A stretch of DNA of 58,954 nt, counting the filler, from Bipalium vagum (lineage: Eukaryota): NCBI GenBank assembly GCA_037834085.1. It is 3 parts of 3 records of this genome, joined end to end, with 100 filler letters (N's around TTAATTAATTAA, not from the genome) between each part and the next. Parts side by side here need not be neighbours in the genome. Positions count along the whole stretch, not along the records: positions 41,111 to 58,954 come from JBBMKC010049208.1; 2 more parts are not named here. One strand, written 5' to 3'. Shown here piece after piece: positions 41,350 through 53,904 of this stretch. Position 1 is the first letter of the stretch, and every line of letters starts with the position of its first letter. The notes below the pieces were generated by a model, which was given only the letters and a program-made list of their open reading frames with translations, was not told the DNA's origin and made no database searches. The position numbers were made by a program, and so were the translations under genes.

Positions 41350-42010
41350 TAAAATTTTACGCCACGTTCCTAATCAAAGGAGCTCATAAAAACATCTCCT
41401 AGTTTCTGCTCAGTCTGGCCATTCTATAAACCTTACACTTTTCCATGCCTGGTGATACATATGAGTTTTCCTAAAGTATGCGAGGAGATATAGCTACCCC
41501 GTGTCTTAACATGGAATAAGCAATGAAGCTTGTGAAAATACTTTCACAGGTACCATTGGTGTTTTTTAAGGTACCCTCTTGAGACTCGTTTGTTTTCAAC
41601 CGTTTGCCACTCAGTATCCACTTCTGACTTCTGAAAATTAGGGTTTTGCACTTTAGGTCTGGTAGATAGGTCTCTGTGAAAGCTCCGAGATATCATTTAC
41701 TTAACCCAGGCATTGCTGGAACTTGAGTTGTCAGTATTTAAAACGTTGGTAGCCATTCCGGTAAGCTCTCAGCCGTTAACCGCAGCACTGTCAGCTTGCA
41801 TTTCATTTTTTTTGAATACCTGATCTTCCTTGCAATTGGAGGTTTTTGAAACTTCAAATATTTCTTTTGATTTTAGCAGATCATTGTGGATTCGATTGTT
41901 TTTCCTGAGAATTCTATTGGTTTCACGAATGGCTGCCAATATACATTGATGCATGTTAAGCATTGTCACTTTTGTCATAGTTACTGGCGAACTGTGTTTT
42001 CAAATATGGT
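41350..42010 (-). mobile_element. ORF1-like helical/basic module of the RLE retroelement array (unit D), disrupted
   Basis: MTKVTMLNMHQCILAAIRETNRIL (helical) followed by EWQTVENKR; lies directly downstream of an RLE 3' end. Confidence 0.45.
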
Positions 42011-42249
42011 TCTATAAAATCAATCAAATGGTCGATAAAAAGGTTTCCCAATAGAAGCCTCTCTGGATTCTAATATATAAAGGGGTTTATTTATAGAGTA
42101 GACGGTACTTTATTTATTTTTCCTAAATGGTCGAAAAGGATTGGATTTAAAATCTGGAATATTTCTCTTCATTTTGTGGTTGATTTGTCATCCGTTTCTG
42201 GCGGTAGGGTTGACTTTTTCAATGAGAATATCCTTTTACTTGGGAAATT

Positions 42250-44200
42250 CAACAAAACGAAACCACGATTTATTTTTTAAATCAAAAATGTGAAAATAAT
42301 TCTAGACAAAAATTTCGACAAAAAATTCCCAAGTATTTCTGTTAGCTATCTTTTCTTGGTAAATCTGCAATCAGTAATTAGCTTGCTCGTTGACAGCAAT
42401 CTATTGACCATTAAAATTCGGCTCGGCATATGAAATTCTCCAAGATCTCGTCGGATTGTGAGATATTCTTCATGGCGCATCTGATCTTTATGTTATCTGA
42501 TTCGGTAACTGTAAAGCCTAAAGAACCTTAAAGTTGATAATTAGCCGGAAATAATGAACCCAGCGCGCCAATAATAAAAGTGCTGAGTTTTACCTTTCAC
42601 CGTCTGCCTAGTTCTCGTTTGACAGAATCCTTAAGAGCCTGATATTTCTTAGGGTTCTCTTCATCGTTCATGGACATTCCAATCATAGAGTCAAATGGGC
42701 AATTGACATTAATGATGTGAAAAATAAGTTTTTCGATGTTATTAATTTAAATGTCCGGTATTAGATTTATGTTGGAAAACAATGCATGTTTTTCAACATG
42801 AGTTTCCCAGTGACTACTAAAAAGTTTTCAATGCTCTACATGGATGTTCTTTATTTTATCGTGTCGTATACGAATCATGGGTAGGACTGAGATACAAGAG
42901 CATAAAGCATGAGAAGCAGTTTTGGTATTACCGTTGGAATTACGGCAAGAGGAAACTTTATGATTTTTCATATTAGTCGGAAGATCATTGGCCGAGCTTT
43001 GTGGATAAAATGCCAGTCATCGATGTCGACTAAGTTTCTCCTTATTTTAACTTCTTATTGAGCTTGATGCTAACTGTCAGGGTTTCTGTCAAAAAATTCG
43101 ATCAAAATATCGCTTTCAGAATATCAAAGTAGGATGGCATATCCGCCTTAGAGACTGATTGATCATTACATTTTCTGAGAATCCTAAAAATTTTGAACTA
43201 AGATCGTGGAGATAAAGAAAATTTCGTCAAGGCCGGATGAATAGATGGACCATATTCAGCGGACCAGTCTGCAGGATCGAGAAGACTAGATTTTTTAGAA
43301 AATTCAGAGAAAATGTTCTCTAAAGAATGATGAGAAAAAATGTGGAGCTCATCAATTAATTTAATAATTTTCATCGTCCTTTGACGGGTTTTTGCGTAGA
43401 GCCCTCTAAGATTGGAGAATATGTCTAGCGTTGATAGACGTAAATCAGGCTTTCTGTCATTTTCAGTTTTCAAAAGTAAACAAGTCAATAAAAAGGTCCA
43501 AACGCTTATCGGTCGTTCAGAAATGTTGTTAAGCAGGGTTTGGTTTAAGAAATTCCTCGCTTAACACACCCGATCAATGTGTTTTAGTTCCGTACAAAGG
43601 GGAGGAATTGGCACTCGGGTAAAATATAGTAGGGGGTCGCTGTAACACGAGCCAAGACTTCAATCGCTAGCCTTGGTCTTACTTCCAGGTTTTATCCTCG
43701 CCTTTGACGGATTTTCTGCTCTTTTTTCTTTTAACTTCAGTAAAGGGAGACTCCGAGCAATTGGATTCAGTAACTGTTTCAAGATTCCTTTTCACAAACT
43801 TATTTATTATTTATGGTATTACCGGTTGTAAATTAACCGCGTTAGCAGAAGTAAAAGAAACGACAAAGTTAGATTTGTATTAAAGAAATTGTCTATGGTT
43901 CTCAAAAAGAGAGCCGTTTTCCATTTTGATATGTGCTGTTCTAAAGCAGTTTTCACCAACTTGGTTGATTTCAAAAGAATCTCGTTGACCGTTTCTAAAT
44001 TTCAAAATCTAAATTGCAATGGTTCTAACAATGTCAGTGTGATGGGTGAAAATTGCAGACCCATCATGAATTCGAATAAAGGCAAATTTCGAATATGTCA
44101 TATCTGTTTGTAAGACGGTGCCTTTCGGGTCCCTGGCGATCAGATTCTCCTCTGCTCTTTTATCTTGAGGAAACTAAGCCAGTTCATCCATCTTCTGTAC
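42250..44200 (-). mobile_element. Internally deleted RLE non-LTR retrotransposon (unit C): ORF1-like, pre-RT region, CCHC, RLE, 3'UTR
   Basis: LYAKTRQRTMKII (pre-RT region); DWHFIHKAR; CRN..HALCSC..PMIRIRHDKI; PDI; INVNCPFD; TFIIGALGS. Confidence 0.8.
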
Positions 44201-44224
44201 ATCTACCAGGACAGGCCAGTTTTT

Positions 44225-46427
44225 ATGGAACAAAACCAAACAAAGGGTTTTTATTATAAAAGGTAAGGTAGATTTTTTTTACGTTTGCAAAACGGTTCTT
44301 TGCCATCGCTTTTTCAGCATTCTGTTTAAATGTATCCCATATAATTGCCGATTATTTGATGCAAGTAATGGAGCAAGAGATGGCTAGATAAGTTAATTCT
44401 TTTTCATTTAATCAAATACAATGAAGGTGTTTGTCGTCCACGTCAATGTTCTTCGGAGTTCTTCCGAATATCTTCCCTTCCAATCTCGTTGTCTTATCAC
44501 TGCACTTTGATTAATTACCTTAGACGATGTGGAAGTGTACTGATGTTCTTTTTAGCTTTTCAGATGGTGGATTGTTGATATCTTTTTTTGGACTGGAATT
44601 ATTGCCGTACCAGTTTCCAGTAGCTCCAATAACAAAAATTTAGGTTAGTTTATCTTCGACAACCGAGGGAATTTTTACCGTATCCTCTTGCATTTCTCAA
44701 AATTCTGTTTACCGAACTAACATGTTTTTTATATTGCCGTGGCGCTTCTTTACTAAGGTATGAGGGTTAGACATGCACATATCGCTGAAATATATTTTCT
44801 TGGCTTTCGATTCCTTTGTATATAGGTTTGTCTGATGGTTTCCGGACATTTATGTTTTCTGTATTGTCAGATTTATGTGAATCCTTAATAGTCTGTGTCG
44901 CACATCGATACGTTAGGGCACTTATTGGTCTCTCCTTAAATTCGAGTGAATGAAAAGTATGAGTGATGAAGGATATTGAAATGGAATTCTTAACAAAATA
45001 TTATCAAAATATAATTATTAATATATTATTAATATCTATTTTTACAATTAATATTAAGTAAAAATAAATATTCATTAATTTTTTTGTTGTATTTATTTTG
45101 TTCCACAGATAATAGGCATTTCATCTTTAAAATATTATTTATTATTTAATAAAAATACTAAATAACAAGAATTGAAAATTCGATTTTAATTTGTTTTTTT
45201 TTTCATAAAATTTTGTTTTATTTGTTCATAAAATTTAAAATATATTTTGATTAATTAATTCTCATTTATATTCCATCTTAAAATGTTTAAAAAAAATAAT
45301 ATTTTTCTATTAATCTTTTTAATTCTCATGATGTTTTAATCAATATTAAAACCACGTAAAACCACAGACATTTTCGAGTGCTTTTTCAATTTTAATATAT
45401 TTTATTTTAAATATTTTTAATTTTTAATTATTTAAAATATCATTTTTTAAGTGTTTAAATTTATTAAACAATAATAATATTATTATAATTTATTAATATA
45501 TAATTTAAACTCAAATTTAAAAAAAATAGTCAAGTTAAAAATAAATCCTTTATTTTTCCTTTAAAATGTTTTATAAATTATTTTCTTTCAATTTAAAACT
45601 TTTTTTAAAAATTAAAATAATAATTAATTAAATTTGTTTAAATTTCATTGATTAAAAGACAAAAAATTTTAAAAATCTATTATTTATTTAAAACTTGAAT
45701 TCGTTTACTAAAATATCGTTTACCTCGAGGTCCGCGTGTTTAGAGGTTCGGTTATTATCAGTGTAGTGTCGATGTCCATTACTTCCGTATCATCCGTCAT
45801 TGTCCTGGGAGGACTCATAAGATCCAGCGAAAAATCTTTATTAGTTGGTTCTTTCGTGATAAATTTTTAAAATGTTTTCTTTTTCGTGGACCTAAATAGC
45901 GTCTCCGTCGCCGCTGATGGTGCCTGAAATATATCATTATTGGTGTAAGCAACAGTAATAAAGGATAACTTATCCTTCTTCTTTGCTGGTAGCAGTAAAG
46001 TTTTTTCGTCGGATTCACAAAACAACTTGAATAACATGATTGCTCTTATTATGAAAGTTTCGATTGTGACAGACCATGTTCTACTTAGATTATTTTTTTG
46101 TTTCTTTCTCTTGTCATGGTCATTAAATAAGAATTTTTAAATTTCTTAAGATCTTCATTAGAATTTTGAAAAATATATAAAAATTGATTAAAATTTGATC
46201 TTATTCTCTGCATTTCTTCGAAAATTTCAGTAAATGATTCTTTTGAAATTAGAATTAAGCCTTCATTATCATCCACACAAACAACAAACACAAACATTAA
46301 AATTTATTTAATTCAAATTAAAATCTTCTGTGATTTCTCCGGCTCACCGTCAGATTCGTCTTCGGGTTTTGCTTTCGGACGGGGCTCTTCCTCGGTTCTT
46401 GCATCCTAAAAAATATAATAAATTAGC
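44225..46427 (-). mobile_element. Unit A: GC-rich leader block, helical ORF, AT-rich spacer, unknown ORF remnant, RLE C-terminus
   Basis: 46085-46297 ORF is homologous to 50540-50935; C-terminus TTNTFIV...ELTYLAISCSITCIK*SAIIWDTFKQNAE matches the end of 47571-47888. Confidence 0.65.
45204..45490 (+). repeat. ~290 nt AT-rich direct repeat, copy 1 (copy 2 at ~50263-50533)
   Basis: Shared TAATCTTTTTAATTCTCAT and CACAGACATTTTCGAGTGCTT cores with colinear flanks. Confidence 0.85.
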
Positions 46428-46429
46428 CG

Positions 46430-47400
46430 TCAATTTCTGGGGTTGTTCGGTGATGATTTTCCAGTCTTCGTCCAAGGTTTTAAGAAAGGATGCCGGAATG
46501 TCTCGAATTCTGTCTTGACGTGTTTTTGCATATGGTAGAACAACTGGGCAACTACAGGGGGCGTGAGACGTGGATTCAATTTTGTGGCCGCAGTTTCTAC
46601 ACGGCCCTTGCTTGTGGCAAGGCATACTCTTTGGGAGATCATTTGCTCAAGCCTTGTGTAAAAAGTACCATTGATTCGTGTTGCAGATTCTTCCGGCTAG
46701 AATTTTTCGATTTAGTGAAGTTTTTATGGCCGTATTGATTTCAGTAAGCTCAGTCATTTTAAGGTTCGACTATTTTTCAAAGTACTTCTTTCCAATAAGA
46801 AAGTGCAGGAAAGGGCAAATTTTCTTCATGATTAGTCTGGTGAAGTTTGTTTTGATATCACGGGAACAGACTTGTAAAATAAATTCATTGTCTTTTCAGC
46901 AAAACTGAACATTGAAACTTATACCATGATGTTCTATAAAGTGTTGTTTTCGGTCCGCATTTGATCTGGGTGGAGCAGTCCTTGAAAAGTTGATACAGAA
47001 GTTGAAGAGATTTTTCCTCGATGTCATTCTGATAAAGGACGTCGTTGATCAGGTAAATTGATATGCTCTTAAAAGCGTCTGTAATGTTTAAAAAGATAAT
47101 GTCAAGGTCCTCTTTGTTTTTCTTCGCCTCTTCTATTCTAAGGGTCAACGAGAAATTGTGTTCGGCGCAGCCCTCAAATTGACTGAGAGATATCTGATTC
47201 GGGTGAATCAGATCTTCTGAAGTCATCCACTGCTGCAGGTCTCGTGCCAGCCAAGATGTGAATATCTTCTAGGTGGCGTTTAACAAGGCTATGGGCTTCC
47301 AACTGTTCACTGCAGTGTATTCTTTGTCGGGCTTCGGGATGAGGATGGTGGTGTAATTCCTCCAACAGTTCGGAGTCGCGTTGCTCCAGGATGGCGCCTT
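46430..47400 (-). mobile_element. RLE non-LTR element fragments: N-terminal RT motifs and CCHC knuckle
   Basis: TTILIPKPDK..SWKPIALLN..KIFTS, IHPNQ..FEGCAEHNF, IIFLNITDAFKSI; CRNCGHKIESTSHAPCSCP. Confidence 0.9.
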
Positions 47401-47419
47401 CTGGGTCCTTAGAGAGAAA

Positions 47420-49065
47420 GTCTGAGAAACGAGTTCTCTATATAATCATTAATAGTAGACAAGAGACTATTTTCATAGTTACTTTTGACGTTAGCCAGCA
47501 CATAAGTTTCGGATTCCATTTTTTACTAGAAAATTATTATACAAAACAAAACAAAACAAAACAAAGGGTTCTATTCACAGAACATAAGAAATTGATTTTT
47601 GATTGTTTTTGTCCTTATTGCCTGAAGTTTGTGTTCCGCATTTTGTCGAAATTGGTCCCATATTTTCTTGTTGTCTTTTATGCAAGATATCGCGCAAGTT
47701 GAGGCTAAATAGAGAAGCTCTTTTTCCTTCATCCCCATGGACCCAAGGAAACTGAAATTGTTCTTCCAGAAGGTACCAATCGCGCCGACTATGAATGTGT
47801 GAATTTCACAGGTTCGCGTTCGACCGAGTTCGCTTCTAGCTGCCATAATTGCCGGCTCGTAATGTGTCCAAACCAAGCTCCGTATCAAAAGGACATTTAA
47901 TGTCTATTATGGAATAGATTTTTTATCTGTTGTTCACGATCTGAATATCTGGTTGTAAGTTAAGGAGGCAAAACCTCGCTTTCTTTTCCACAATAATTTC
48001 CCAATCCGAAGAATCTAGTAATTTTAAGGGATCACCTAGGATATCTCTTATCTTATCGTGGCGTTGGCGGCTCATTGGACGGATGGTCGGGCACGTTTCA
48101 AGTACGTGTCCGATGAATTCTTTATCGCATCCGCAATTGCGGCAGGGAGCATTTTTGTGCGTCTTCAGATTCGTTGGAAGATCGATATTCCGTGCCTTAT
48201 GGAGAAAATACCAGTCCTCCCTTGATAACGTGATTGTTCCTCTTATGATCTTTTTGTTAAACCAACTGTTGGAGACAATACCTGCTGCACTTTTAGATGC
48301 CAAATTCCCGAACATCTTAAGGGAAACTTCCTTGTGCAGGAAGGGCTAATTTGATGCGCATTTTCTTTTTTAAATGAAGATCGACAGTTGTTTACCCATA
48401 TGTGCGTAGCCATTTCCATCTCGGATTCAAGATATTCGAAGGATACCCGTATGTTGTGCCATTTGCTAAGGTACATGATGGCACCGGAGATTTGTGACCA
48501 CCATGTTTTCTTTATCGTATTATTTGCAGTGGCGAGCCATTGAAGGGCGCCGGATATTACATTTTCTTCAGAGAGGTTGTAGAGAGTAGTCAATATTAGC
48601 TTCTGTATCTGTGTATCAATTGCATTGGCCATCTTGTGGAATTCACAGGAGATTGGATGACAAATTTATCGACCATGGAAGTTATTCCCAATCCTCCGTA
48701 CTCAATCGGAGCGTATAGATATCCCATTGGTGAGCTGGGTGATAAGCTGGTCAGAGTCCGTGTATTTTTCCTAACGATATAATCAAGGCCAAATACTTTA
48801 CCATCAGTCTTCGTTGTTTTTTCACTGCATGTTATGAATGACATAGCAGTGTGTAGTTTCGAAAATAAAACGGTATTTTCGAGTGGACGAATATTTTTTG
48901 GATTCCAGCGCCTGCCATGGATATAGAGCAGACCGATTAATTTGGTGATTTTTCGTATACGTCCAGTGGGTTGCGCTCTAGTTTCAACCCTCGATCAAAT
49001 CCCAGGTACTTGTACCATTCATGTTCTGCGATCCTATCCAGGCGGGTGTTCTGAATAAGACTGGC
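47420..49065 (-). mobile_element. RLE non-LTR retrotransposon 3' half (RT thumb, CCHC, PD-D/ExK endonuclease, 3'UTR), frameshifted
   Basis: WYKYLG; YLYAPIEYGGLGI; CRNCGCDKEFIGHVLETCP..RHDKI; QPDI..IIDIKCPF; TFIVGAIG; (GTTTT)n after the stop. Confidence 0.93.
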
Positions 49066-50262
49066 TTGGTTATTAGTTGTCAAATAAAAAGTGTTTATAT
49101 GATGACTAACACAATTTTTTGTTGAAATAAATTTTTTATTGTTGAATTTTAATTTTTTTAATATTTAAACTGTTAAAAAATTTATTTATAACAACATTTG
49201 TTTAAATAATCATGTAATACTATTCCAAAAATTCAAATGGTTATTATTATATTTTTTAGAATGGCTTCAAATATATGCACTGCCGTGTACAATAAGAAAC
49301 ACAATGTGGTACTTTTGAAAGATTTCCAATATATGTCCCAAAACAGAAGTTTTGGAATTTCAAAATTGTCCTTTGGTTTCAATGAGAATATATCGTTTTT
49401 CTTACTTGTGATTATTGTACTTATGAGTATTATTATTATTATGTTTTGTAAGTTTTTGTTTTTTAAATATTAGTGTATTTTATTTTAATTTAGATATTAT
49501 AATAAAAATGGCAAAATCTGAAAAGAAAAAAGTCGGAAAAATAGCAAATTTGAAAAAGCAATATCTTGCAGAAATAACTAAATTGAAAGTGAAAAAAACA
49601 CATTATAAACTAATGGCAAGGAACAAATGAAATTTAATTGTTCCTGTATGTATTGTTATTTGTTTTTGGTCGCCTTTTTGTTTTGCCTTTATAATTTCAT
49701 AATATAAATGATTTAGAGAAATTTAATATTCTTCATTTATCATATCTTGTTAACTTACCAAATATTAATCAATTTTAAATATTTATCCTTTTTTAAGAAA
49801 AATTATTTAGTCAGTTTTTCTGGTTTTTTTGCTTATTTTTATCACCCTTTTGCATTTTAAGGGGGGGTTAAAGATGAACTTAACACAGATATTATTCCAA
49901 ATTCTATTTCATCAAGTTGTATAATAAAACTATCAAAAATTGTATACTGTTTGCAGCGGCCAAATTACAGGCTTTTTAAACCCAAAGCGTGTCAGCAAGT
50001 ACACAGTGTGCAGGAAAAATTCTTCGGAGATACTAGAAGACATTTGTGGCAGGACGGTAAGTGTATTACGAAAGGAGAACGCTTATTAAAATGCCTTGAA
50101 GAAAGCTATTTGTGATTTGAATACAAAGCTTTGTTACTAATTTTACTTAATCGTGAGTTAATGAATTTAGAAACTTTTGATAACGTCTCAGTAGCTAACA
50201 ACTATTATTAATTAATAAGAAACTTTAATAATAATTAAAAATAATAATAATAATACTAATAA

Positions 50263-51111
50263 CATAAACTTTGTTTTATTTTTTCATTAAATATAAAATA
50301 TATATTTTATTCAATTAATTCTCTTTTTTTTTATTTTATCTTAAAAAGTTTAAAAAAAATTTTTTTTCCCAATAATCTTTTTAATTCTCATTATGTTTTA
50401 ATTAATATTCACAGACATTTTCGAGTGCTTCTTCATTTTTAATATATTTTATTGTAAATATTTTAAATTTTAAATTATTTTAAATATTTTAGGTTTTTAA
50501 AATTATCAAACTTTAATTATATTATTATAATTGGTTTATAATTTACGACGGATTGCTTGTGCATGATTAAATGGCTTTTTATTTGATCGTGGTTTGGTTG
50601 TAGTTCTACCGGTTCTATTGGAAGGTTTTTGGTCTAGATCGGCTTCTGGGATTCAAACATTGTTGAGATTGGCGCGCCTTATGTCTCTCATAACTCCCCT
50701 TCCCGAGCCAGCGCGATGCTTTTCAACTTCATCGTCGGCGTTTTTAAAAAATTTCAAAATTTTCTCCATGAAATCCTTGATTTCTTGGATTTCATTCAAA
50801 ATATTAGACATTGTTGTCTTTGAAACTAAGACATGGTCTTCTTCAACGGACTCATGCTTATTCCTGCCGTTGACCAGCTTCTTAGTTAGATTTTTGAATT
50901 TTGAATGGTTTCTTAAAATTTGGTTATCATAGTTACATAGTTCAAAACAAAAACAAAAAACAAAACAATAAAAACAAAAACATAATAATTTATTTTAATT
51001 TAAATTATAATCTTGGTTTTGGCTCACCCTAAGGCTCACCGTCGGTTTTGTCGTCAGACATTGTATTCCTCGTCTTCGGTACCGGTAGCCTGAAAAGAAA
51101 AATAATAATAC
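50263..51111 (-). mobile_element. Unit B: GC-rich leader block, helical ORF (one internal stop), AT-rich repeat copy 2
   Basis: EEDHVLVSKTTMSNILNEIQEIKDFMEKILKFFKNADDEVEK aligns with unit A NEGLILISKESFTEIFEEMQRIRSNFNQFLYIFQNSNEDLKK; shared GACGGTGAGCC. Confidence 0.6.
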
Positions 51112-51186
51112 CGTTGATACTGGTGAGAGAGGGTTAACTATGCACAAGGAGATATTTTTAAAAAATATTTTATACCATTAAATAGG

Positions 51187-51615
51187 AAATTAAATTCTGA
51201 TTCCAACTGTGTCAATTCCAAATTAATCGGTTAAAAATTGACTCCAGAAATGCTATTTATTCGATTACTCGCTATTGAAGAAAACGAACAGCATGTCGTC
51301 AATTTTAAATATTATGCAATTGATTATGCAATCGATTATCATTAATAATTATAATTAATATCATTATTATTTAAAATATTATTATTATTAACTATATATA
51401 TTATCATTTTTATTTTAACCCTTAATATTAGCTGTTAAATATATATAAATTAGTAATAATAATTAATTATTAAAATGACCAATTGTATAATACTTTCATT
51501 TAACGTCATGCTTATCGTTTTTTTCAATAGCGAGTAATCGAATATATTGAAATTTCTCAGCCAATTTTTATCCGATTGACTTGATTTTTTTACATTTGAA
51601 CTCAGAATTTAATTT
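51187..51615. mobile_element. Fold-back/MITE with ~115 nt imperfect inverted repeats
   Basis: ATTCGATTACTCGCTATTGAA / TTCAATAGCGAGTAATCGAAT and AAATTAAATTCTGA / TCAGAATTTAATTT arms around an AT-rich core. Confidence 0.8.
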
Positions 51616-51659
51616 CACAAACTTTATAACATTCACACACTTCACACATTTTATTTCAC

Positions 51660-52230
51660 ACACAAGCTATAAATTATTCACATCGATTGTAGCGGATCAA
51701 CTCAAAAACTGGCTTGAAAACTACAGACTACTCCTTTTGGATTAGAAGAGTCTGAGCTACCTTGAAGATTGCTCAGTACACAATTTCCACAAAAATTTAT
51801 TAATAGAAGACGCCGAAGACTCAATCCTGCCGATACACATCTGCTTTCTGGACATCAAGAATACGTTCGGTTCAGTCCCGATAGACTTGATTTTAGAAGT
51901 CCTTACAAAGCATGGAATGGAGGATAGGGCTAGCAGATCAATAAAGGAATTATATAAAGAATGCCACACTACTGTAAAGTGCGGTATACTGGATACACTG
52001 CCAATCGCAATCAGAAGGGGAGTGCTGCAAGGATGCTTCCTCTCGATGTTATTATTTAATGTAATAATAAATGCGATTAGGACGGATTGGGAGCAAAGAG
52101 TTGCAAAATGCTATCAGATGCTTGCTTATGCAGATGACCTAAGCGGTAATTAAGCATGATTTACAACAATGCAAAAAGTAATCAATTGCTTAAACTCGAT
52201 AATCACTTGGATCGGAACTTAACGCAAAGA
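51660..52230 (+). mobile_element. RT fragment of the same RLE-type family, opposite orientation
   Basis: LEDCSVHNF; ICFLDIKNTFGSVP; IRRGVLQGCFLSMLLFN; LAYADDL. Confidence 0.9.
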
Positions 52231-52529
52231 AAAGGAAATTTTATTGACTTGATCTTTTTCATGATTTACTGGTATTTTATTTCATGATGGCCTTTTCAAT
52301 GACAACAATTGCATTTCCCTCTGTTGCAATCTCTTCTTATAAAGTCTTTCGAGCAACATCTGAAACCTTTTGTGATAATTTTAGAAAATTTCATTTTTAT
52401 TAATAATATTTCTTTTTATGTTCCTTTAATCAAAAGAAATGTTATTATTATTTTTATTTTTATTAATATTATTTATAATTTTTCATAAAGTTGGTTTTGT
52501 GATTACAAATAATAAATTGAATAAAAAAT

Positions 52530-52745
52530 AATGAGTGAGTGTGAAAGGCCTATTGTCAATTGGCTAAGGATAAATTTTATTCATTGCACAGTCAATCACA
52601 AACATCTTTTGTGAACAAAAAGAACGGTACAAATGACCAGTGGATTGATTCTATCTGGAAAACAAAAAATGTTGATGGGAATATATGAAACTGTACTGAA
52701 GTCTTACCTGGCCGAATGGAATTGGAAGCAAAATTATCTTTGAAA
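52530..52745 (+). mobile_element. Merlin/ISXO2 (IS1595-like) transposase C-terminal relic
   Basis: SECERAYCQL..HCTVNHK..KNGTNDQWIDSIW..LKSYLAEWNWKQ (frameshifted) resembles SDxWxAY/TVNH/TxxIESxW/YLxEFxWR. Confidence 0.7.
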
Positions 52746-53089
52746 AGATATCAATGCCATATTTTATATTATTAAATAAATTTGATTAAAAAAATTTTTT
52801 TTCATTGTTTTTTAATTGCTTTTCTATTGGTTTGATTCATTTTGTGTGTTTAAAAGTAATTATATTTACACAGGTGATTTAAAATTGTCCTTTTTTCTTC
52901 CTATTTAATCTTCATTTTTTTAACACACCTTTCTTTCTTAACCCATTGCATAAATGTTATTCTGTAACCCCCATTGATGACAAAGTTTTTATAACCCATT
53001 GCATTTGATCAAGTATGTTATCTAACCTTAATGTAAACTAAACATGATCCGTGATGTTTTATTATTTGTCAATCTCTGAGATCAAATAT

Positions 53090-53450
53090 GACTGAAACAA
53101 TTTCTCGATTTACGAAAAGAGAACCTTTTATAATTAAGAAGAATAAGAAGAAAAGTAAAGTAATTTTTATTAGAATTGGATACGAAAACGGTCAAATTCT
53201 TAAGGTTACCAAAAATGAAGAGAAAAGTTATAAAATTCTGAAGAAATTGTGTTTTTGATTTGAGAAATTTCATCGACATTTGGAATAGTGAGAAAGAGAC
53301 ATTTTGGTAATTATCGTAATCATCAAATGTCATTCAAGAGGAAGTACATTGCAACCTGTAACTGCATACTTGTAACCTGGAAAGGACTATAAGATGAGAT
53401 CAGCATAAAAATTGGTACAACTTGAGAGAAAAAATTGATTTTTTGCCTTG
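53090..53450 (-). mobile_element. Possible P-element/THAP9-like transposase relic
   Basis: MLISSYSP..GYKY...LP and REIVSVIFD remnants only. Confidence 0.3.
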
Positions 53451-53904
53451 GATAATGATGGTTTTAAAAAAGTTTTGCTTGGATTAAAATTCATGTTGAC
53501 ACCAATCATGTTTGAGTATTGCTCTGATCAGAAGTACCTCTAAATAATAATTTACAATTAACTTTAACATCTTGTTAGTACCTTTTAAGATTTTGAAGAT
53601 AGTGAAAAAGTTCATAATAAAAGTGAAATCAATTGCCTTTCATAATCTTTGGTTTCATCACAGTCTCATTTTTATTGATTAATTTCAAGATTTTTGTTAT
53701 TTTGTGAATAATTGTCATCAATTTTTTATCGTTTCATAAAATATTCGAACGTTCTAGTTGTTCACTATTTCTATGGCAACGAAACTCATAAATGATATTT
53801 TACACTTAAACTGAGTGAAATTATAATTATATTTTTGTTTTAATATTATTTCATCATTGTTCTCATTTACGTTAATTAAAACAAAACATCTCAATTTTGT
53901 CAAT

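Noticed and set aside
44110-44220. HDV-like ribozyme at an element 5' end, as in R2
   Set aside because: I could not build the nested double pseudoknot here or at 46340-46410 or 51030-51090; a descriptor search (e.g. RNArobo) would be needed to exclude it fully.
50594-50932. 112-aa plus-strand ORF
   Set aside because: Shadow of the minus-strand helical ORF that has a paralogue at 46085-46297.
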